IMG/VR virus record: IMGVR_UViG_3300020576_003495
Coordinates: 96,001-160,000 of that record
From: a virus
Taxonomy: Duplodnaviria; Caudoviricetes
Strand: one strand, 5' to 3'
DNA: 64,000 bases
Numbering within the stretch: the stretch's first letter is position 1; the number at the start of each line of letters is the position of its first letter. Shown piece by piece: positions 57,974-64,000 of this stretch. Made by a program: the position numbers and the translations under genes. A model generated the notes under the pieces. It did no database searches and was not told the DNA's origin. It was given only the letters and a program-made list of their open reading frames with translations.

Positions 57974-60900
57974 TGACTAGAAGCGAACTAGACGACTGCA
58001 TCAGCCTGTTGGAAATAGCACGCGATGAGATTGTGTAAGGTGCCTGTAAGGTAGTCTATAGTACTACGCATCAAGAAAGGATGCGTCATGACTGTGAAAC
58101 TAAGCACCGAAACAGGCGATAAGTATTTCGACAGCGAAGAAGACTGCCTTGAGTTTTATAATGAGTACGTTCCTGCTTTTGAAATACGCAAACGTGAGGA
58201 CGGTAATGAACTGTGGCATAAAACACAGAATAGGCGTGTGGGTGTGTTCTCACTCGCCCCATCCATAGGATTCTTTTGAAAGATGTTATGCTCGACCACG
58301 AAGTAGACTTGTTGATTTTTGCAGGACGTTCCATCGGTATCGTGGGGAATGTTCACCAAGAGTCTGGCAGAGTCCATGGTATTTCACTCCCCAATATCAC
58401 GCCTGATTCCGAGCCTAGATTTTGGAATCCACTGCTTGATGATGGGGACGCCGCACGCCTAAATTCTGTACTAGCCCAATCGACCATCTGGTTCAATACT
58501 TATGTGCTTGTGGGGCGTGATGATGAGGATTCTTGCTGTGAGTTCTTCTTCAATCATGGTGGAAATAAAGACAAAGCTTTTCGGGTTGCATCGACCAAAG
58601 CGGCTGCGGCTGTAGAACGTCACAGGGGGAAACAAGATGCCTAGCTTGCTTGTTTTCTTTTCTCTTTTTCTTTTGCTTTTTTTGGTTAGTGTTTTTCGTT
58701 TTGTTGGTTTGCTCGCACCATCCCCCGCACAGGTATGGCTATACGACTATGTAGAATTTCTTGTGCTAATACTACCTGTGGCGTACCTCGCGTTCTATGG
58801 TGGGCGGTGGTTCTTGCGTAAATTACAGAAATACAAGCGGATTAGTTGAAATTAATTGCAACAACTTTAATATGGAACAGAAGAATCCCGAGGGTTGCCC
58901 GGACATTGATCCCCTTTCGATTGTGGGGGTCACTATCGTTCTTGTGTTCGGTGTCGGCGCGTTATTAGTTATTTTTTTACAAGTAGCATTTAGTGCTTGA
59001 CAAACGTAAAACGCACTAATACAATTCAGCAATACTACAACGGAGTGAAACATAATGTCAGTGTCAACGAATGCCTATTTGTGCTATGGGGTTGTTTTTC
59101 CTGAAGAATATGAATTTCCGTGGGATGCCGCCCCCTATGAAGGTGACATTGATGAATGGTGGCTATGGCAAGTTCTGAAGTTCAAGCCAACAGTCGAGAT
59201 TTTTAATGCTGAAGGCAACTTTCTCGAAGGCATGAATGAAAATCACCCGCTTTTTGAGCAGTATTTCAAAGAACAGGACACCCTAATCGCTGACAACCCA
59301 CTACCTGTCGGGCTAGTCAATTGTTGTTCAGGCTCTTATCCACGGTACGTCCTCGCTATACCAAGTACCACTAAAACAGCCCTTCGCGGTTACCCAACGT
59401 CAATCACCCTTGATGATTTTAGCGTGTCTGAAGAAGACTACAGGGCATTGCTTCAGTTCATCGTCTTGCACAAGCTGACCTTCAAAGGAATGAATCCCGG
59501 TTGGGTTCTGGCGAGCTATTGGGGCGAGTGATGAGCCTACTGGATGACTTGGTGTTCGTTGAGCAAAGTGAAGAAGTCGCATGGCGTTGCGTGGTTAGAT
59601 TAAGCACAAGTGCGTGGTCAGACAAGCGGGGGCTTCACTTCAAACAAAGCTTGACCTACTTGCGCCGGAAGTCCTGCGGCTGGAATCCGTTGGAAGATGA
59701 AGCGGATGGGGCGGGTGCGTTGAGGGCTTATGAGGCTATTATTAACCTTGCTGAGTGCAAAGACGGGCTGTACGAAGTCTTTACGTGCAATCATTCCCGT
59801 GATTGGGAGACTGGAATCTTTGATGGGTACGATTTGAAGCTGGTTCCTTTTGAGTGTGCTGAATGACCTACAGACCCTACGTACCTGCCACGTGGAAATG
59901 TGGTGGGTGCTTAACATGGAACAACGGACTGTCCAACATCTGTAGAGGGTGCGGTAGGCACAACTAATTTTATTAGAACTGGGGGCAGCATGGATACTAG
60001 CGTAAGCAACTCTATTCTGACGATTGAAACCATACAGGGTGCTATGAAGAAGCTGAAAGATTTCCCTGAGCCTTTTGATCGCCCACGGTCGTTGTTTGGT
60101 ATCAACATAGTCGAAGTACCTACTTACACGTTTCCCAAGTTAAAACTAGGAAAAGACGCCCCTGTGAGCGACGACTTCAGGAAAGAATTCGATGCGTGGC
60201 TGCTTGAGCGCTTTGGCGTGCGCTACGAGTGTGCTGTGCCGAAGGACACGGCTTATCTGTTCCAAGATACGTTGTTAGCCCGGTTCGACATGGTATGCAA
60301 GCTTATTAACATAAGCTAATTGAAGCTGATTGCACAAATATTAGGAGGATTCATGAACACCCTGACACCCGCACAGATTAATGAGATATTTAAGCAGTGC
60401 CTTGCTCAAGAGGCTAAAACAGGTGCCCCACAGGCGCAAGAATTTGTTGATGCCGTCATTGCGCACTGCCCAAACTGTGTGTCACGGTTCGATGAAGACG
60501 AGGTTCCCCTGTTTCGCCAAGGTGCTCCCCGGCACGAGCTAGAGGGCTACGTGGATGCTGAGTTTTGCACATGGGCGGTGGCCGAGATTGAGCGACTGAA
60601 CAAGTTGCTCAAGATTCAGAATGATGCGGGTGTAACCTTGGTGGGGGGTAGCGATGCTTGAAGTTCTTCAGTTTGTTTTCAGCAGCTTCTGGATATGGTT
60701 GGGGACAGTGATCCTCGTGTCTGTACTTGGGAGCATGGTTTGCAATACAGTCTACGCGCTAAGGGAGAAACATGACACCGAAACAAGCAAAAAAGCTTAG
60801 AAAAGCGATTAAGAAGCTGGTTAGGGCTAAGGTCAATCTGTCTTGGCGCGGTGCGGGGCCGCTAGAAGAACTTGAGGGGTTGAAGTTCGCCTGTAAAAAC

Positions 60901-62341
60901 GCCAAGCACAGGGTCAATCAGTTTATTGATGAATACACTGAGGTAGACATGCCATGTTGAAATTACTTGCAAAACTAAAGGATAAGCTGTTTCCCGTGAA
61001 ACCCTTGGACGATTCGTGGGATCGTCGTGAGCATGATCGCGGGTGTTTTAATGACTCCCTTGGTAAGCTGTGGGAAGCGACACGACGCAAGTATCCGAAC
61101 AGTGCCACCCCTAACACCGATGTATTTCTGTCGGATTATTTTCAAAAACAACGAAGCGGATCAAAATGGCCTCATTAGCCCTCTTTGCATCAACCTACCT
61201 ACTCGTGTTCTGTCTGGGGCTTCAGAGTCTCGTCGTGAATCATGGTCACAAGAAGCTGGCTTTCCTGAACAGCTTTGCCATTGGTACGGCTAACTTGGTT
61301 CTGTTCAAACTCGCCCCCGATGCACAGGGCATGGAAATCGCGGCTTACCTTTCAGGGGGGCCATTCGGGATTGTGTCGTCCATGTACGTCTTTCACTGGT
61401 TCAAGACTAGGGGGAAGCGATGATGGTCGTCATTACGTTTAGCGGGGTTTTCGCGGCAGTGTTTGTTGTTGTGTTTGTATCTATTCTTTTGGCTTTCGAG
61501 TTTAAGTCATGGCTGAAGCAACGACGCTGCAAGCATGATGGGGGCGTTAATGAAACCTCGTCCTGTGATGCCATTTGCAGGAAGTGCCTGAAGAACTTGG
61601 GGTTCATCGGCACATGGAGAGAACAAGTTTTGAAAAGGGATTGTGATGAGCGCAGAGTCAAGTAACACAGGTGACTTCTCTTTTGGGACGGGAGACTTCA
61701 CTGTTGAGGGGTATTTTTTCCCTTTGAATGTGTCGGCGGCTTCTGAGGTCAAGACTGCGAATATTCGCCTTGAGCGGACAGCACGAACATTCACAGTGCA
61801 CACACAGAAGTCGATTGATGGTGTGCTGTACATGTCAACACAGGTATTTGACGAGCACAAAAGCATGCTATCAGAGCAGTTGATTCGTGCTGACCTAGTG
61901 CGTGGGTAGATTTCGTGGATATAAGTTACCGTGATGTTGAAGTTGAGTACAAGGGTGATCGTTTTAGCCTTTTTGATTCTTACGCCTTGCGACTAACCTG
62001 CACCTGTGCCGGTGGTTGGGAGTTGTGGAATACATGGGAAGGTAAAGAAGAACTACTTGCCGGTGAGTTCGATGTGGTTCCCCTTCGGGTTTATGTTGCG
62101 GGGGTTTTGGTTTGCGGGGATGATGATTCATAAATCCCCCCATTTCTGCAAGCACTGCGAAACAGATTTTTACGTGCCTGAAGTAGAGACAGGGGATTTT
62201 TTTCTGGTGTGTCCCGAGTGTCTATGGATGCACTATCGACGGTTCGAGAAGGGCAAGGCCGTTCATTGTGATTTGGCTGCACGACGTAACGAGCCTCTGG
62301 TTTTGAATGGCAGCAGGACACCACGGAAAGGATTTTATTAG

Positions 62342-62725
62342 ATGGGCTGGATACGCGCTGAAGACAAGAGGCCAAAAATAGGGCAAGTTTGTCTTGTCTG
62401 TTTCAATGGGGTCGTGCAGAATGAAACCTATGTCTATGATGGTGGGGATGAGTGTCAACCGTTTTGGGCAAGGGATGAACTAGATCGCTGCCCGGAAGTA
62501 GAAGACTCTGACTTGTGGATGCCTTTGCCGAGTTACCCCACACCAATACCGCAAGCGGAATCATGGAAACCGCACGCGGTTAAGTGGATTCGTGAAAAAG
62601 CAAAAGCACAGCAGAAGATAAACGATGACCACCCACGTCATGCAGCATGTTACCCGTCATGGGCGCAGCGTGTGTATCACATTGAACAACTGGCTCTTGA
62701 ATTGGAAAAAGAAGTTGATGAGTAG
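62342..62725 (+). CDS. DUF551-like protein
   Basis: WIRAEDKRP...WMPLP. Confidence 0.65.
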   Translation: MGWIRAEDKRPKIGQVCLVCFNGVVQNETYVYDGGDECQPFWARDELDRCPEVEDSDLWMPLPSYPTPIPQAESWKPHAVKWIREKAKAQQKINDDHPRHAACYPSWAQRVYHIEQLALELEKEVDE

Positions 62726-64000
62726 GCTAATGTGTCTTTTCTTTGGGCATAAACACGGTAACGTCATGCCCGGTGATTGGTTCTTTGGAAGCAGCGGCCC
62801 TAAGACTTTGCTGTGTAGTCGATGCGGCAAAATAAGTGTGATGGTTTAAACAGGAGTAACACTATGTCAAAAACGTATGATGAAGCAAAGGCGAAACTTC
62901 TAGCCGCACTCCCTTATTTACGCCATGGTATTGCCGAGGCGAACAAAGAGGGTACGGCGCAGATAGGCATTATCTCCACCCACCCGAACGGTGCGGGGCG
63001 GGTTGTGTTGGGGTTTGTGGTGGACGAGTTCATTAGTGATCTTGAAGTCGTTCTTAACGCCCCACCACAGACGGCTGAAGACGAGGCACAGGCCAAGGCG
63101 GTAAAGTTTTTGGATCAACATGGCTTGAGATTGGGGACGTGATGGTGCTGGATAACAAAGTGCTGGAAGACATTAAGCGTTTTGCTGTTGAGCGGCTTAC
63201 TCAGGAGCATGGCTATTGTGGCGTGGCTGTATGTAGCCAAAGTGCATATCTCAACTCGGGCAGCGGCGAAGAAAAATTAACAATTACGTTCGAGACGATC
63301 AAAGAAGGGGGCTAGAAATGCAGTACCTACTGACAGAAGAAGAATTTCAAAACAGGGTGCCGAAGATAACGCTGTATCCCCTCGAAACGGCTTTGAGTGT
63401 AGCTAGACAAAAGCTGCTAGACCTTACGGAATTTCCCTGCATACACGCAACGGCTAGTCAGAATGAATATTGTGATCTTTGCCCGTGTATAGTCACCCGT
63501 AAAGAAAAAGATGCGATGGGGATTTTTTCTGACAAGGTTGAAATTTGCCGTTTGGATAAAAATTACAGTAGGTAGCTTGCTGGTGTAGTCTACCCAAATT
63601 TAGGGGTATTGGACATGCCTACAGGTATTGATGTTGTAGAGCTAGCGGTTGACGTGCATGAGGTCGCTGAGGCTGAGGTAGGTGTATCGCCTTCATGGAA
63701 TCGACGTGCCGACAGAACTACATACCCACAGGCTTTTATTGAAGCAAAACAACAACTAGCCGTATTGTCTGAGTTCATCCTGTCTTTGGACTGGTCGGAG
63801 ACAGCGATTCCTGATAATATATTTCATATCATAGCTAAACAGGTAGAAGAACTTCATGTTTCAAATAAGAAAGTATGTAGCCCACGGTGATGTCATCCCC
63901 CCGTGGTACGGTATTGCTTGGCATGATTTTTACAGGGATTGGGCGGTATGCTATCCGATGCCTGTAAACATGGTTGCTGGTGTGCTGTACGTGGTTTATT

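Larger units (their letters stand above)
2300..60972. repeat. dispersed 16-bp quasi-palindrome TTGMAANTANTTKCAA (about 16 copies including degenerate ones)
   Basis: copies at 2300, 4813, 10803, 21364, 25906, 30223, 36986, 41103, 43184, 45783, 49570, 54528, 56478, 58846, 60320, 60957. Confidence 0.85.
43206..64000 (+). other. early/accessory region of dozens of small tightly coupled hypothetical ORFs driven by repeated TTGACAAA sigma70 promoters
   Basis: promoters at about 43206, 43415, 44718, 47486, 49314, 52170, 53750, 57375, 58997; ACGGAG RBS repeats; ATGA overlaps. Confidence 0.8.

Overview
This window is a segment of a large (jumbo-type) tailed phage genome, almost entirely + strand. It has many sigma70-like TTGACA(AA) promoters, short hypothetical ORFs and no host housekeeping operon. 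It carries 35 recognisable tRNA genes covering all 20 amino acids, a permuted two-piece tmRNA, a cluster of Y-RNA-like RNAs and many structured ncRNAs. Three systems stand out. (1) tRNA-replacement cassettes: a homing-type endonuclease gene plus a new tRNA sits inside or against the broken halves of an older tRNA of apparently the same isotype (Leu, CAT/Ile2, Tyr, Ala, fMet, Thr, Asn), with nuclease-free scars at His and Glu. (2) Two copies of a ~340-nt ncRNA that reproduce the 23S rRNA GTPase-associated centre (H43/H44, uL11 site) around a large structured insert. (3) A family of probable virion-delivered effectors (HipA-like kinase, a 1920-aa ADP-ribosyltransferase, two zeta-toxin-like kinases) sharing an N-terminal [FY]xx[IL]LK leader, most followed by small putative immunity genes. 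A 16-bp quasi-palindrome is dispersed through the window. All calls come from reading the sequence; no searches or folding programs were run.
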